Shown here piece after piece: positions 35,282 to 45,500 of a stretch of 52,156 bases of DNA. Within the stretch, counting starts at the first letter, position 1. Each line of letters opens with the position of its first letter. The stretch covers positions 1-52,156 of the forward strand of contig JAKIUH010000001.1 in NCBI GenBank assembly GCA_021647685.1, read 5' to 3'. Under the pieces are notes generated by a model. That model searched no databases. It was not told the origin of the DNA and worked only from the letters and a program-made list of their open reading frames with translations. The position numbers and the translations under genes are program-made. This DNA is from Bacteroidales bacterium. GTDB lineage: Bacteria > Bacteroidota > Bacteroidia > Bacteroidales > NBLH01.

Positions 35282-37603
35282 ATGATGCTGAATAATTTCA
35301 AACCTTTTATTAAACACCTAATAAACAATAAAGTATATACTTTTATTACCATAATAGGCTTTGCCGTATCATTAGCTTTTGTACTACTGTTAAGTGTATA
35401 TATTAAACATGAATTATCTGTAAACAACAAACAAAAAAACAAAGAACGGATATACCGTTTATGCAGTGATAAAGCAGACACCTTCGCTCCACCGATAGGT
35501 GAATGGGTACAAAATACAGTTCCTGAAGTTGAATCATATACTCGCGTATCTGACGAGGGTGGAATATTAAGCACAGATAATAATAAAAAATACAAATTTA
35601 AATTTTTGCTTGCTGATTCTACCTTCTTTAATATTTTTACATTTAACTTGTTCGAGGGAGATAAAGAAACAGCACTAAAAGCAGAAAACTCTGTTGTTTT
35701 AACCAAAGAATTTGCCAAAAAGCTGTTCGGAAATCAATCACCTATTGGCAAACAGCTGATACTCAATCTGAATACTCCTTGTACGGTAACCGGAGTAGTT
35801 GAAGATATTTCAGAAAAATCGTTTTTCAAAAAATACGATGCAATTATCAATTTCAGATTGATAAAAAAACTTTGGGGATGGGATGAATTATTGAGAAACC
35901 CAAACTCTTGCTCATTTGGTTTTTATTTTTTGGCAAAGCCCAATGCTGACTTGCGCATAAAAGAACCCGAAATATTAAAGATATTCAAAAAAGACTTCTG
36001 GGTTTACAAACAAGGAGTTTTTAAAACTGTTCGTTTTGAGCCCTTAGACGATGTTTATTTTAGCACAATTATCAGTAATGGAGAAATTAATCAAAACAGC
36101 AAAAAGAAAATAGCCATACTATCAGTTATTGTAGTGCTAATTCTTATTCTTGCTATTATTAATTATTTGAATTTAACCATTGCCCAATCAAGCTTTCGTG
36201 TAAAAGAAATTGCTATAAAAAAGTTACACGGCAGTTCAAGAAAAAGGTTAATTCTTCAACATATATTCGAAACGCTTATTTTATGCATAGTCGCTTTTTT
36301 TGTGGCAATATTTCTTAGTTTCCTAGTCGAACCTGTTTTTAATAAATTATTGGGGACAAGCATTAACTTAAATGATGAGTTTATTTCTATTAATGTGATG
36401 ATATTTCTTATTTTTATACTGCTTATCGGAATGTTTTCAGGAATTGTTCCCGCATTAATAATTACACGCCTTAAAGCGGTTGATGTATTGAAAGGTGGCT
36501 TTACCTTTAAAACCAAAACCAGCTTCTCTAAAATACTTATTATTTTTCAATATACTGTTGTTATAACTCTTATTTCGGCAAGTATAATTATTAATCAACA
36601 AACTAAATTTTTATTAAATAAAAATTTGGGATTTCATTCAAAAAACATACTTATGTTGGATAATAATATTGATATAAACCAAAAAGAAGCACTACGTGAT
36701 GAATTTTTAAAAATTCCCGGCATTAAAGCAGTTTCTTTTGTAGCAGGAACACCGGTTGACGGAGGAAATAACAATACATTCACATACAATAATAAACCAG
36801 TAAGTTTTCAGATTTTTGTTGTTGACTCGGCTTTTTGGAAAATGACCGGTTTAAAATCAAAACCAACCGGAACAGCCTACACACAAGACGGAATATGGAT
36901 TAACAAAGAAGCAATCCGCGAACTAGAACTTGATTCTTTACCACAAGTACTTAAAATTGGTAAAAATAACTGGAATATTTTGGGCATTGTAAACGATTTT
37001 AATTTTCGCCCTTTGCATCAAAAAATAGGTGCTGCTATGATAAAACAGATGAACAAGAATGATTACCCTTGGAATATTTTGTTACAAATAGAAGGGAATA
37101 ATCAAACTGAAACCATAAATAGATTGAAAGAAGTATATCTGAATTTTACCGGAGGAATACCTTTCGATTATGAATTTTTTGATACTACACTTCAAAAATG
37201 GTACGAAAAAGAGCAGAAAACATCAAAAATTGTAGAATATTTTGCAATGCTGGCTATTACTATTTCGGTAATGGGAATTTTTGCCATGTCAATGTTTTAC
37301 AATCAGCAAAAATCAAAAGAGATAGGCATACGCAGAGTAAACGGAGCAACGGTAAATCAAATCATTAAAATGCTCAGTTTTGAATTTCTTAAACTGGTTA
37401 TTACTGCATTCATCTTATCTGTACCCATTGCATACTACTTAATGAACCGATGGCTCGAAAACTTTGCCTATAAAATCAATTTGAGTTGGTGGATATTTAT
37501 TTTAGCGAGATTGATTGCCGCTTGGGTAGCCTTAACAACAGTCAGTTGGCAAATATTCAGTACGGCACGTAAAAATCCTGCTTTGATTTTAAGATACGAA
37601 TAA
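35282..37603 (+). CDS. Double-FtsX (MacB-like) ABC transporter permease, paralog 1
   Basis: 773 aa with two MacB_PCD + FtsX 4-TM modules. GxR(K/R) loops (HGSSRKRL, IGIRRVNGAT) and C-terminal ..ARKNPALILRYE. Confidence 0.85.
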   Translation: MMLNNFKPFIKHLINNKVYTFITIIGFAVSLAFVLLLSVYIKHELSVNNKQKNKERIYRLCSDKADTFAPPIGEWVQNTVPEVESYTRVSDEGGILSTDNNKKYKFKFLLADSTFFNIFTFNLFEGDKETALKAENSVVLTKEFAKKLFGNQSPIGKQLILNLNTPCTVTGVVEDISEKSFFKKYDAIINFRLIKKLWGWDELLRNPNSCSFGFYFLAKPNADLRIKEPEILKIFKKDFWVYKQGVFKTVRFEPLDDVYFSTIISNGEINQNSKKKIAILSVIVVLILILAIINYLNLTIAQSSFRVKEIAIKKLHGSSRKRLILQHIFETLILCIVAFFVAIFLSFLVEPVFNKLLGTSINLNDEFISINVMIFLIFILLIGMFSGIVPALIITRLKAVDVLKGGFTFKTKTSFSKILIIFQYTVVITLISASIIINQQTKFLLNKNLGFHSKNILMLDNNIDINQKEALRDEFLKIPGIKAVSFVAGTPVDGGNNNTFTYNNKPVSFQIFVVDSAFWKMTGLKSKPTGTAYTQDGIWINKEAIRELELDSLPQVLKIGKNNWNILGIVNDFNFRPLHQKIGAAMIKQMNKNDYPWNILLQIEGNNQTETINRLKEVYLNFTGGIPFDYEFFDTTLQKWYEKEQKTSKIVEYFAMLAITISVMGIFAMSMFYNQQKSKEIGIRRVNGATVNQIIKMLSFEFLKLVITAFILSVPIAYYLMNRWLENFAYKINLSWWIFILARLIAAWVALTTVSWQIFSTARKNPALILRYE

Positions 37604-37622
37604 TTTAATCCTTATATATACC

Positions 37623-39986
37623 ATGATACGTTCGATAAAACATATTTTCAGAAATTTCAAAAAAAACCCGGTCTTATTATTTGTCAATATTCCCGGATTG
37701 AGCCTCGGATTATCCGCATTTTTATTATTGATGTTTTTACTAATTCATGAACTTAGCTTTGATAAAGTTTTTCCCAATAAAGAGCGTATAGTCAGGCTAT
37801 ATAATATTTTAACCGAAAAAAACACTGTTGATGCATTGCCTATTTGCTTACGCGAAGCCTATACTGAGCTACCCTCACAAGTACCAGAAATTGAATCTAC
37901 CGTACAAATATATCGTGGTTGGAAGACAAATATAAATTACAAGCAGACAAAAATTTTATCGCAAGATCTGCTTTATGCCGACAGTACTTTTTTTAAAGTT
38001 TTCGGCTTAAATCTTTTGTCGGGTAATGTAGAAACTGCTTTAAAGGATAAATATTCGGCTGTAATTACGCAAAATTTAGCGCAAAAACTTTTTGGAAACA
38101 ATCCGGCTATCGGAAAACATATTAAAGTGGATGATGAAAATTATACCGTTACCAGAATTATTAAAAAACTGCCTGCAACCACTCATTTTAATTTTGATGT
38201 ACTTACTTCTATGAGCTCAACAAATCTAGATATACTGCAAGGTTTAGAATTTTTTACCTATTATCTGCTTAAAAAAGAAACTGACAGACAAGCAGCTTAT
38301 GATAAAATTACACAATTAAACAATAAAATTGTAAAAGATAAATTTAAAGATTTTGAACTGTCTTTAAAGGTAAATTCAGGAGTAGAATCGCTAAAACAAA
38401 TTCACTTACACACGGTTGCCGATTTTGATTTATCAAAAAAAGGAAATCCAAAAGTAATTTATATAATTGCTTTTCTTGCATTTTTTATTCTCTTAATAGC
38501 CATTGTAAACCACATAAACCTGTTTGTTCTGCATGGTGAAAAACGTTTTAAAGAGATAGGAATACGAAAAACTTTAGGTGCCGGAAAGTCAAGTCTTGTA
38601 AGTATGTTTTATCTCGAAACAGTTGTAATTACAGCAATCTCTTTTATATTGGCATTTTTACTCAGTCGCATTGCATTACCGTATTTTGCACTATTGATGA
38701 ATAAAAAGCTGATTTTTTCGGAGATGATGAGTTTTTATACTGTTGCAAGTATGCTGATTTTTATGCTGATACTTGTGATTGTAAGTGGTGCATATCCGGC
38801 TTTATATCTTTCAAAACTAAAAATAATAAGTGCCGTTAAAGGCGATATGCAAAGCATAAAACGTAAAAAAATGCTGCCGGTTATATCTGTTTTGGTGCAG
38901 TTTTCAATAAGTATATTTCTAATATTCAATTTATTGATTATGTATTATCAAATATCTTTTTTAAAGAATATTCCTTTGGGTTTTTCGCCCGATAATATTA
39001 TTGCTGTAAGCGGATTTGGCGAAACCATTAATAAAAAATCAATATCAATAGTTAATGAGTTAAAAAAATTACCCTTTGTAAATAATGTTGCAAGTTCCAC
39101 ACATGCAATGGGTGGAGGATGCAGCGGACAGTTAATTACAGAATACGGAAAAGCCGAAGACGATGATTGGCAAAGCATTAATGAATACAGAGTGCAAGCC
39201 GGCTTTTGTAAAACCATGAAAATGCATTTGATTTCAGGAAGATTCTTTAATAATACAGAGGCTGATAAAAGCAGTATTATTTTAAATGAGGCAGCAGTTA
39301 AAATGCTTAATCTGAAAGACCCTATCGGAAAAAAAATGATTATGTTTGACGAACCGCTGACTATTATCGGTATTATTAAAAATTTTTATTATACCGGTAA
39401 TTCGGGCGAAAAAATAGCTCCTTTGGTTTTAACAAATTATTCCGATTGGGTAAATAATTTTTATCTGCGCACAAAACACCAACTCTCAAACAATGAAATG
39501 CAGCAAATCAAAAATATCTTTAACGGATTTGACCCTGAATATCAATTTTATACCTATCGCTTAAAAGATAGTTACCTGAGAAAGTTCAATAACGAGGACA
39601 GGGTAGTTAAGCTGTTGTTTTATGCCACATTGTTGGCTGTATTTCTGTGTATAACGGGCATGTTTGCTTTGGCAGTTTTTAATGTGGAACGGCGTATTAA
39701 AGAAATAGGTATTCGCAAAGTTTTGGGAGCATCATCAAAGCTAATATTAACTTTACTTTTAACAAAAATGCTCCAGTGGGTTGTGTGGGCAATGATACCT
39801 TCCTTGCTAATCGGCTATATTTTAATGAATGACTGGTTGCAAAATTTTACGAACAAAATAAACATTAACATACTGTATTTTATTATATCCGGTGGTTTGG
39901 CTGTGATTATTGCTATTGTAGCCGTTTCGGCACAAAGCATATGGGCAGCTACACGCAATCCGGTAGATAGTTTAAGATATGAATAA
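37623..39986 (+). CDS. Double-FtsX (MacB-like) ABC transporter permease, paralog 2
   Basis: 787 aa with the same architecture. IGIRKTLGAGK, IGIRKVLGAS, and C-terminal ..ATRNPVDSLRYE. Confidence 0.85.
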   Translation: MIRSIKHIFRNFKKNPVLLFVNIPGLSLGLSAFLLLMFLLIHELSFDKVFPNKERIVRLYNILTEKNTVDALPICLREAYTELPSQVPEIESTVQIYRGWKTNINYKQTKILSQDLLYADSTFFKVFGLNLLSGNVETALKDKYSAVITQNLAQKLFGNNPAIGKHIKVDDENYTVTRIIKKLPATTHFNFDVLTSMSSTNLDILQGLEFFTYYLLKKETDRQAAYDKITQLNNKIVKDKFKDFELSLKVNSGVESLKQIHLHTVADFDLSKKGNPKVIYIIAFLAFFILLIAIVNHINLFVLHGEKRFKEIGIRKTLGAGKSSLVSMFYLETVVITAISFILAFLLSRIALPYFALLMNKKLIFSEMMSFYTVASMLIFMLILVIVSGAYPALYLSKLKIISAVKGDMQSIKRKKMLPVISVLVQFSISIFLIFNLLIMYYQISFLKNIPLGFSPDNIIAVSGFGETINKKSISIVNELKKLPFVNNVASSTHAMGGGCSGQLITEYGKAEDDDWQSINEYRVQAGFCKTMKMHLISGRFFNNTEADKSSIILNEAAVKMLNLKDPIGKKMIMFDEPLTIIGIIKNFYYTGNSGEKIAPLVLTNYSDWVNNFYLRTKHQLSNNEMQQIKNIFNGFDPEYQFYTYRLKDSYLRKFNNEDRVVKLLFYATLLAVFLCITGMFALAVFNVERRIKEIGIRKVLGASSKLILTLLLTKMLQWVVWAMIPSLLIGYILMNDWLQNFTNKININILYFIISGGLAVIIAIVAVSAQSIWAATRNPVDSLRYE

Positions 39987-40000
39987 TAAAAAAATTAATT

Positions 40001-42325
40001 ATGATAAAACATATTTATTCCGGCTTTATAAAATATACGCTTTCTCTATTTTTAAACATATTGAGTTTGACCATCGCCTTTTCCGGTATTATAACGATTC
40101 TTCTTTATATATCGTATCAAAAAAGTTTTGACAAGCATAACATTCATTACTCAACCGTTTATCAGTTACAAATAGACAATGAGGAGTCAACTTTACCGGC
40201 AGTTATTAGCCCTATTTTAAGAAAAAATGTATCGGATATAGTTGCAATCACTCCAGTTTGGTTTAATCCCGGAATAATCTCAATAAATAAACAATCAAAG
40301 TATAGTTTTTATGCTTCGTCATTTTATGCAAATAATGATATTTTTAAGATTTTTAGTTTTGACATAATAAACGGATCTGCCAAAGATGCGCTTAAACAAC
40401 CTTTAAGTATTGTTCTAACACAAAGTTTGGCAAAAAAACTATACGAAAATGAAAATCCCATCGGAAAACAAGTAAATCTTAACGGACATAATTATACCTG
40501 CACTGCAGTAATTAAAGACTTACCGGAAACCTCATCTATTCAAACAGAATGTATCGTTTCTTTTGAAACTTTATTACAACAAGACAATTCCTTTGCAAAA
40601 AAATGGTCGGAATGGAGTTTCAGAACTTTTCTAAGAATAAATTCAAAAGATAATTATAATCATGTACTTAAAGCCATCAATAGTATTGATGAAATTAATA
40701 ATGTTTTGCATGAAGATTTAGCAGAAAAATCAGCAAATGATTCATATCTGAGTTTACAAGCTTTAAGCAAATTACATTTTACCGAAAGTGGACAATACAA
40801 AACAATTAACCCTATTGTCATCAATATTTTAATACTTCTCGCAATTATTTTAGCAGTAATGGGAATTGTTAATTTTGTAAACCTGCTAACTTCGCAAGCA
40901 ATTCAAAGAGCAAAGGTCTTTTCAATAAAACGCATATTGGGTGCCGGCGAAACACAATTACTCATTCAAATAATTGTTGAGTCAATAATTATTTCCCTAA
41001 TAGCGCTGGCTATTGCATTGATTATACATTCATACCTTTATCCATATATCGAAAAAATACTACAAATAAAAGGTTTAAGTTTCCAAAACAGAAATTATTG
41101 GTATGTATATTTTGTTTTAATGACCATTATTTATAGTATTATTGCAAGTATTTATCCTGCAAAATATATTACCTCTGTTAATATAATACAAACTGTTAAA
41201 GGAACTTATCGCTTTTCAGGAAAAGGAAGATTTATAAGGAATTTTTTACTGACACTACAATTTTCATTTACAATTCTCCTTATTATTGCTTCTATATCCA
41301 TAAAAAAGCAAATAAATTTTTGGCATAACTTTGATATAGGAATACAAAAAGAAAATATTGTTTACATACGAACTTCATCAAATATCATTAAACACAAAGA
41401 TGCATTTGTCAAAGAATTACTTAACAACCCTCATATAACAGAATATACATATAGTTCTTTTGTTCCCGGCGGTGTTGGTATGATGTGGGGGCGAACTATT
41501 AATAATCAGCAAATAAATATTTATTGCTGGCCTGTTGATCAACATTTTATTGATTTTTTTGGAATCAAAATAAAAAAAGGACGCAAATTTTCTTCCCTTA
41601 AAGCCGATATGAATAGTTTTATTATAAATGAAAAAGCAGTTGAAAAATATCATTGGGACAAACCTTTGGAAATAATAATGCAAGGCTTTGACTTTGAAGG
41701 ACCAATAATTGGGGTAACAGAAAATTTTAATTTTTCTTCATTAAAAGAACAAATACCTCCAATGCAATTATGGCTAACCGATACAAGACCTTATGTTCTA
41801 CTATTAAAATTAGCCGGTGGAAATACAAGTACCGTAATGGAACATATAAAAAATATATGGGGAAAATTTGAACCTGGGCTAGATATTGATATTAATTTTT
41901 TAGATGAACACCTGAATAATCTATATCAAAAAGAAGAAAAAATAGCGTATTTTATTGAGGCTGTATCCCTTTGGACTATTCTACTCTCTTTAACGGGACT
42001 CCTTGGTTTAACACTTTTTACAGCTCGTCAGAGAACAAAAGAAATTGCCGTAAGAAGAGTTAACGGAGCAACTGTTATAGAGATAATCAATTTATTTAAT
42101 CGTGAATTTATAAAGTGGATAATCTTGGCATTTCTTATAGCGACACCTATTGCATATTATTCAATAGCAAATTGGATTCAAAACTTTGCATATAAAATGT
42201 CAATCAGCTGGTGGATTTTTGCTCTATCAGGTATTTTCTTGTTGATAGTCACAACTATTTCAGTTAGTATTCAAACACTTATAATTGCACGAAAAAATCC
42301 TACGGAATCTTTACGTTACGAATAA
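40001..42325 (+). CDS. Double-FtsX (MacB-like) ABC transporter permease, paralog 3
   Basis: 774 aa with the same architecture. IKRILGAGE, IAVRRVNGAT, and C-terminal ..ARKNPTESLRYE. Confidence 0.85.
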   Translation: MIKHIYSGFIKYTLSLFLNILSLTIAFSGIITILLYISYQKSFDKHNIHYSTVYQLQIDNEESTLPAVISPILRKNVSDIVAITPVWFNPGIISINKQSKYSFYASSFYANNDIFKIFSFDIINGSAKDALKQPLSIVLTQSLAKKLYENENPIGKQVNLNGHNYTCTAVIKDLPETSSIQTECIVSFETLLQQDNSFAKKWSEWSFRTFLRINSKDNYNHVLKAINSIDEINNVLHEDLAEKSANDSYLSLQALSKLHFTESGQYKTINPIVINILILLAIILAVMGIVNFVNLLTSQAIQRAKVFSIKRILGAGETQLLIQIIVESIIISLIALAIALIIHSYLYPYIEKILQIKGLSFQNRNYWYVYFVLMTIIYSIIASIYPAKYITSVNIIQTVKGTYRFSGKGRFIRNFLLTLQFSFTILLIIASISIKKQINFWHNFDIGIQKENIVYIRTSSNIIKHKDAFVKELLNNPHITEYTYSSFVPGGVGMMWGRTINNQQINIYCWPVDQHFIDFFGIKIKKGRKFSSLKADMNSFIINEKAVEKYHWDKPLEIIMQGFDFEGPIIGVTENFNFSSLKEQIPPMQLWLTDTRPYVLLLKLAGGNTSTVMEHIKNIWGKFEPGLDIDINFLDEHLNNLYQKEEKIAYFIEAVSLWTILLSLTGLLGLTLFTARQRTKEIAVRRVNGATVIEIINLFNREFIKWIILAFLIATPIAYYSIANWIQNFAYKMSISWWIFALSGIFLLIVTTISVSIQTLIIARKNPTESLRYE

Positions 42326-42341
42326 TTAAATAAAAAATATC

Positions 42342-43019
42342 ATGATTAAAACAGAAAATTTAACAAAAGTATTTAAAACCGATGAGGTACAAACTTATGC
42401 CCTTAACGATGTTGATATTAATGCTAAAAAAGGTGAATTTATTGCCATTATGGGACCATCGGGCTGTGGAAAATCTACATTATTAAATATTATTGGATTA
42501 TTGGACAATCCAACGCAAGGAAAATACATCTTTGACGGTGTAGATGTATCAAAAATGAAAGAAAAAGACCGTACTCAATTTCGTAAAGGACGTATAGGCT
42601 TTGTTTTTCAAAGTTTTAACCTCATTGACGAACTCAATGTGTATGAAAATATTGAATTACCTTTGGTTTATTTGAACATGAAAGCATCAGAGCGTAAAAA
42701 ACGTATCAATGAGGTATTGCAAAGGATGAAAATAGGTCATCGTGCAAAACATTTTCCGCAACAACTCTCAGGAGGACAGCAACAAAGGGTTGCTTTTGCA
42801 CGTGCCGTTGTTGCCAATCCCGAACTTATTCTTGCTGATGAGCCTACCGGAAATTTGGACTCAAAAAACGGCAGTGAAGTGATGAACCTTTTAACAGAGT
42901 TAAATCAAGATGGAACCACTATTGTTATGGTAACCCATTCGGAGCGTGACGCAAGCTATGCTCACCGTATTGTTAATTTACTTGATGGAAAAGTGATTAC
43001 GGAAACAATTAATGCATAA
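42342..43019 (+). CDS. ABC transporter ATP-binding protein (MacB/LolD-type NBD)
   Basis: Walker [10 protein letters not shown], signature LSGGQQQRV, Walker [13 protein letters not shown]. Confidence 0.9.
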   Translation: MIKTENLTKVFKTDEVQTYALNDVDINAKKGEFIAIMGPSGCGKSTLLNIIGLLDNPTQGKYIFDGVDVSKMKEKDRTQFRKGRIGFVFQSFNLIDELNVYENIELPLVYLNMKASERKKRINEVLQRMKIGHRAKHFPQQLSGGQQQRVAFARAVVANPELILADEPTGNLDSKNGSEVMNLLTELNQDGTTIVMVTHSERDASYAHRIVNLLDGKVITETINA

Positions 43020-43038
43020 AAAAAATTTAAAACTTGAA

Positions 43039-43159
43039 TAGTGTTTATAAAAAAACGCTAATAACTGTGATATGCCAGTCAATAAATTGGTCATTTACAA
43101 AAAGTAAATTCCCAATTTATTAACTTCGCAGCCTTGTTGTTAAATTTTTATAAACACTA
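43039..43159. repeat. 121-bp nested palindromic element between convergent genes
   Basis: The outer inverted repeat is a perfect 15 nt: tagtgtttataaaaa (43039-43053) / tttttataaacacta (43145-43159). The inner hairpin is aataaattgg-tc-atttac-aaaaa-gtaaat-tc-ccaatttatt. Confidence 0.55.
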
Positions 43160-43178
43160 CAAAAACTAATAGTTTTCT

Positions 43179-43212
43179 AAAAAAAATGGCTGTTTACGAT
43201 ATCGAACAGCCA
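43179..43212 (-). terminator. Rho-independent terminator for pruA
   Basis: 8-bp stem tggctgtt / aacagcca, with a CGATATCG palindrome in the loop. On the minus strand it is followed by T8. Located 31 nt after the pruA stop. Confidence 0.6.
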
Positions 43213-43242
43213 ATTATTGAATCAAACAAAACCTGTACTATA

Positions 43243-44871
43243 TTATTCTTCCATATATGGATATTTAAAATCCTGCGCAGGCATAAATGTTTCTTTTATG
43301 GTACGCGGGCTAACCCAACGTAACAAATTCATGTTTCCGCCTGCTTTATCATTGGTTCCGGAAGCTCTTGAACCACCAAAAGGCTGTAAACCAACCATTG
43401 CTCCTGTGGGTTTGTCATTGATGTAGAAATTTCCGGCTGCATAGCGTAAAACCTTGCAGGCTTTAACCATTGCGTACTTATCATTTGAAAATATTGCTCC
43501 TGTCAATGCATAGGGTGAGGTTTTATTACATAGTTCTAATGTTTGTTCAAAATCGTTGTCTTCATAAACAAAAATAGTCATTACCGGACCAAATATTTCC
43601 TCTTCCATTGTAACAAAATGAGGATCTTTTGTCAAAATAATTGTTGGTTGAATAAAATAGCCAACAGATTTATCGCCGGTTCCACCGGTAATTATTTCAC
43701 AAGAATCCGACTTCTTAGCCAATTCAATATAACTCATAATATTATCAAATGCTTTTTCGTCAATAACCGCATTCATAAAATTTGAAAAATCACTTACATC
43801 CCCTACTTTTATCTGAGCAACTTGCTCTTGTAAATGTTTTTTAGTTGCTTCCCATAAGGATTTCGGGATATATGCCCTTGATGCAGCCGAACATTTTTGT
43901 CCTTGATATTCAAATGCTCCGCGTGTTATAGCAGTTGCTACTTCAATAGGATTTGCCGATTGATGCACAAAAATAAAATCTTTACCACCGGTTTCGCCAA
44001 CTAATTTAGGATACGAAACATAGTTATTCAAATTATCCGAAACGGAACGCCATAAAGAGTTAAACGTTGCGTTTGAACCGGTAAAATGGATACCTGCCAA
44101 ATCTTTATGTTTCAAAACTTCCTTACCAATCATGGCACCGGAGCCCGGAACAAAATTAATTACTCCATCAGGTAAACCAGCTTCTTTAAAAACTTGCATT
44201 AAATAGTAACTTGAAAGTAATGAGGTGGTTGCCGGTTTCCAAATCGTTGTATTGCCCATAAGTACAACCGACATATTCAAATTTGAAGCTATTGCTGTAA
44301 AATTAAAAGGTGTTACCGTGAAAACAAATCCTTCAAGAGCACGATATTCCATACGGTTAAGTTGTTCAAACTCAGATTCAGGCTGCTCATTGTATATTTT
44401 AGATGCAAAATAAACATTATAGCGCAAATAATCAATCACTTCACAAGCAGCATCAATTTCTGCCTGATAAACACTCTTATCTTGTCCAAGCATTGTAGCT
44501 GCCACAATCAGGTAACGATATTTTTTTGATAATAATTCTGCTGCCCGTAACATAATTGACGAGCGTTCAATCCACGAAATACTTTCCCATTCTTTTTTGG
44601 CTTTCAGTGCGGCTTCAATTCCCATTTGTACTTCCTTTTCGCCTGCTTGGTGATAAGTTGCCAATACATGAGCATGATTATGAGGCATGACCACATTTCC
44701 GGTTTTCCCTGTTTTTATCTCTTTACCACCGATAATGATCGGTATTTCAATCTGTAAATTACTTTGTCTGTCTAATTCTTTTTTTAACAAATCCCTTTCT
44801 TTACTATTCTGTTCGTATTGCAAAATAGCTTCATTTTGAGGGCGTTTAAATGAAAAAATTGCATTATTCAT
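43243..44871 (-). CDS. pruA: L-glutamate gamma-semialdehyde (1-pyrroline-5-carboxylate) dehydrogenase
   Basis: Aldehyde dehydrogenase fold (..VGETGGKDF.., catalytic ..GQKCSAASR..) with a PruA-type N-terminus, MNNAIFSFKRPQNE... I place the start at ATG 44871, not the tracked 44955. Confidence 0.85.
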   Translation of the reverse strand: MNNAIFSFKRPQNEAILQYEQNSKERDLLKKELDRQSNLQIEIPIIIGGKEIKTGKTGNVVMPHNHAHVLATYHQAGEKEVQMGIEAALKAKKEWESISWIERSSIMLRAAELLSKKYRYLIVAATMLGQDKSVYQAEIDAACEVIDYLRYNVYFASKIYNEQPESEFEQLNRMEYRALEGFVFTVTPFNFTAIASNLNMSVVLMGNTTIWKPATTSLLSSYYLMQVFKEAGLPDGVINFVPGSGAMIGKEVLKHKDLAGIHFTGSNATFNSLWRSVSDNLNNYVSYPKLVGETGGKDFIFVHQSANPIEVATAITRGAFEYQGQKCSAASRAYIPKSLWEATKKHLQEQVAQIKVGDVSDFSNFMNAVIDEKAFDNIMSYIELAKKSDSCEIITGGTGDKSVGYFIQPTIILTKDPHFVTMEEEIFGPVMTIFVYEDNDFEQTLELCNKTSPYALTGAIFSNDKYAMVKACKVLRYAAGNFYINDKPTGAMVGLQPFGGSRASGTNDKAGGNMNLLRWVSPRTIKETFMPAQDFKYPYMEE

Positions 44872-44897
44872 ATTTGATTTTTTTAAATTTACATTAG

Positions 44898-44921
44898 CGA
44901 ATCGCAAAATTTTGCGATTCG
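44898..44921. promoter_or_regulatory. 24-bp perfect palindrome CGAATCGCAAAATTTTGCGATTCG in the pruA leader/promoter
   Basis: Perfect dyad, flanked by an outer complementary pair tttacatt (44887-44894) / aatgtaaa (44927-44934). On the minus strand, a TACATTTG -7 box (44926-44933) lies just upstream of the dyad. The dyad ends 27 nt from the ATG. Confidence 0.45.
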
Positions 44922-45169
44922 GTTGCAAATGTAAAACAATTTTATTGATTGGCAAGTAGCTTATTTTTTATTTTAGGAAAACATTGTTCAATCTTATAGT
45001 GCCAAACTATGGATAGAATATACAGAAATAAATAATATATCGCTATAAAACATATAATTACAATACAAATATCAATTTATTGTGCATTAGTTATGCGGAG
45101 TTTAAAAGATGACTTTTATCTTTATTTTTAAAAAAATCAAATAATATTTGATAATTAATAAAAAAATAT

Positions 45170-45177
45170 TAATTTTG
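45170..45177 (+). promoter_or_regulatory. Candidate -7 box TAATTTTG for the tRNA gene
   Basis: TAnnTTTG match 40 nt upstream of the tRNA 5' end. Confidence 0.35.
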
Positions 45178-45216
45178 CAGTCGCTAAAACAAAAACTCAT
45201 AGTTCTAAATATATAT

Positions 45217-45290
<74 letters not shown>

Positions 45291-45293
45291 TAT

Positions 45294-45322
45294 AAAGCCT
45301 TGAAAATTTTCAAGGCTTTTTT
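45294..45322 (+). terminator. Rho-independent terminator after the tRNA
   Basis: Perfect 26-nt palindrome AAAGCCTTGAAAATTTTCAAGGCTTT followed by a T-run. Confidence 0.7.
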
Positions 45323-45365
45323 ATTTATTAATAGTTTGGTACTTTTTTATTTGCATAAAATCGTT

Positions 45366-45433
45366 TTGGGCTAAAGCCCATAAAACTATGAAAATACACT
45401 AACCTGGACTTAAAAGCCCGGGCTATTGATTAA
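45366..45433 (-). repeat. Two-hairpin ~68-nt intergenic element, copy 2
   Basis: The reverse complement, aatcaatagCCCGGGCTTttAAGTCCAGG...tGGGCTttAGCCC, aligns with 23727-23794. It lies 68 nt after the stop of the minus-strand peptidase/CTD ORF, again co-oriented with that gene. Confidence 0.6.
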
Positions 45434-45500
45434 ACTAAAATACGGAATATTAAAAAAACTTAATGAACTATATTGATTTATATAATCTGCCTGCACCAAG

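Noticed and set aside
30962-43159. The shared TAGTG start of the inverted-repeat arms at 13587, 24488, 30962/31127 and 43039/43159 as proof of one mobile-element family.
   Set aside because: Beyond 5 nt the arms differ between loci. In three cases the TAG is simply the flanking gene's stop codon. In AT-rich DNA a 5-mer coincidence is not compelling. I kept it as a remark inside the individual findings only.
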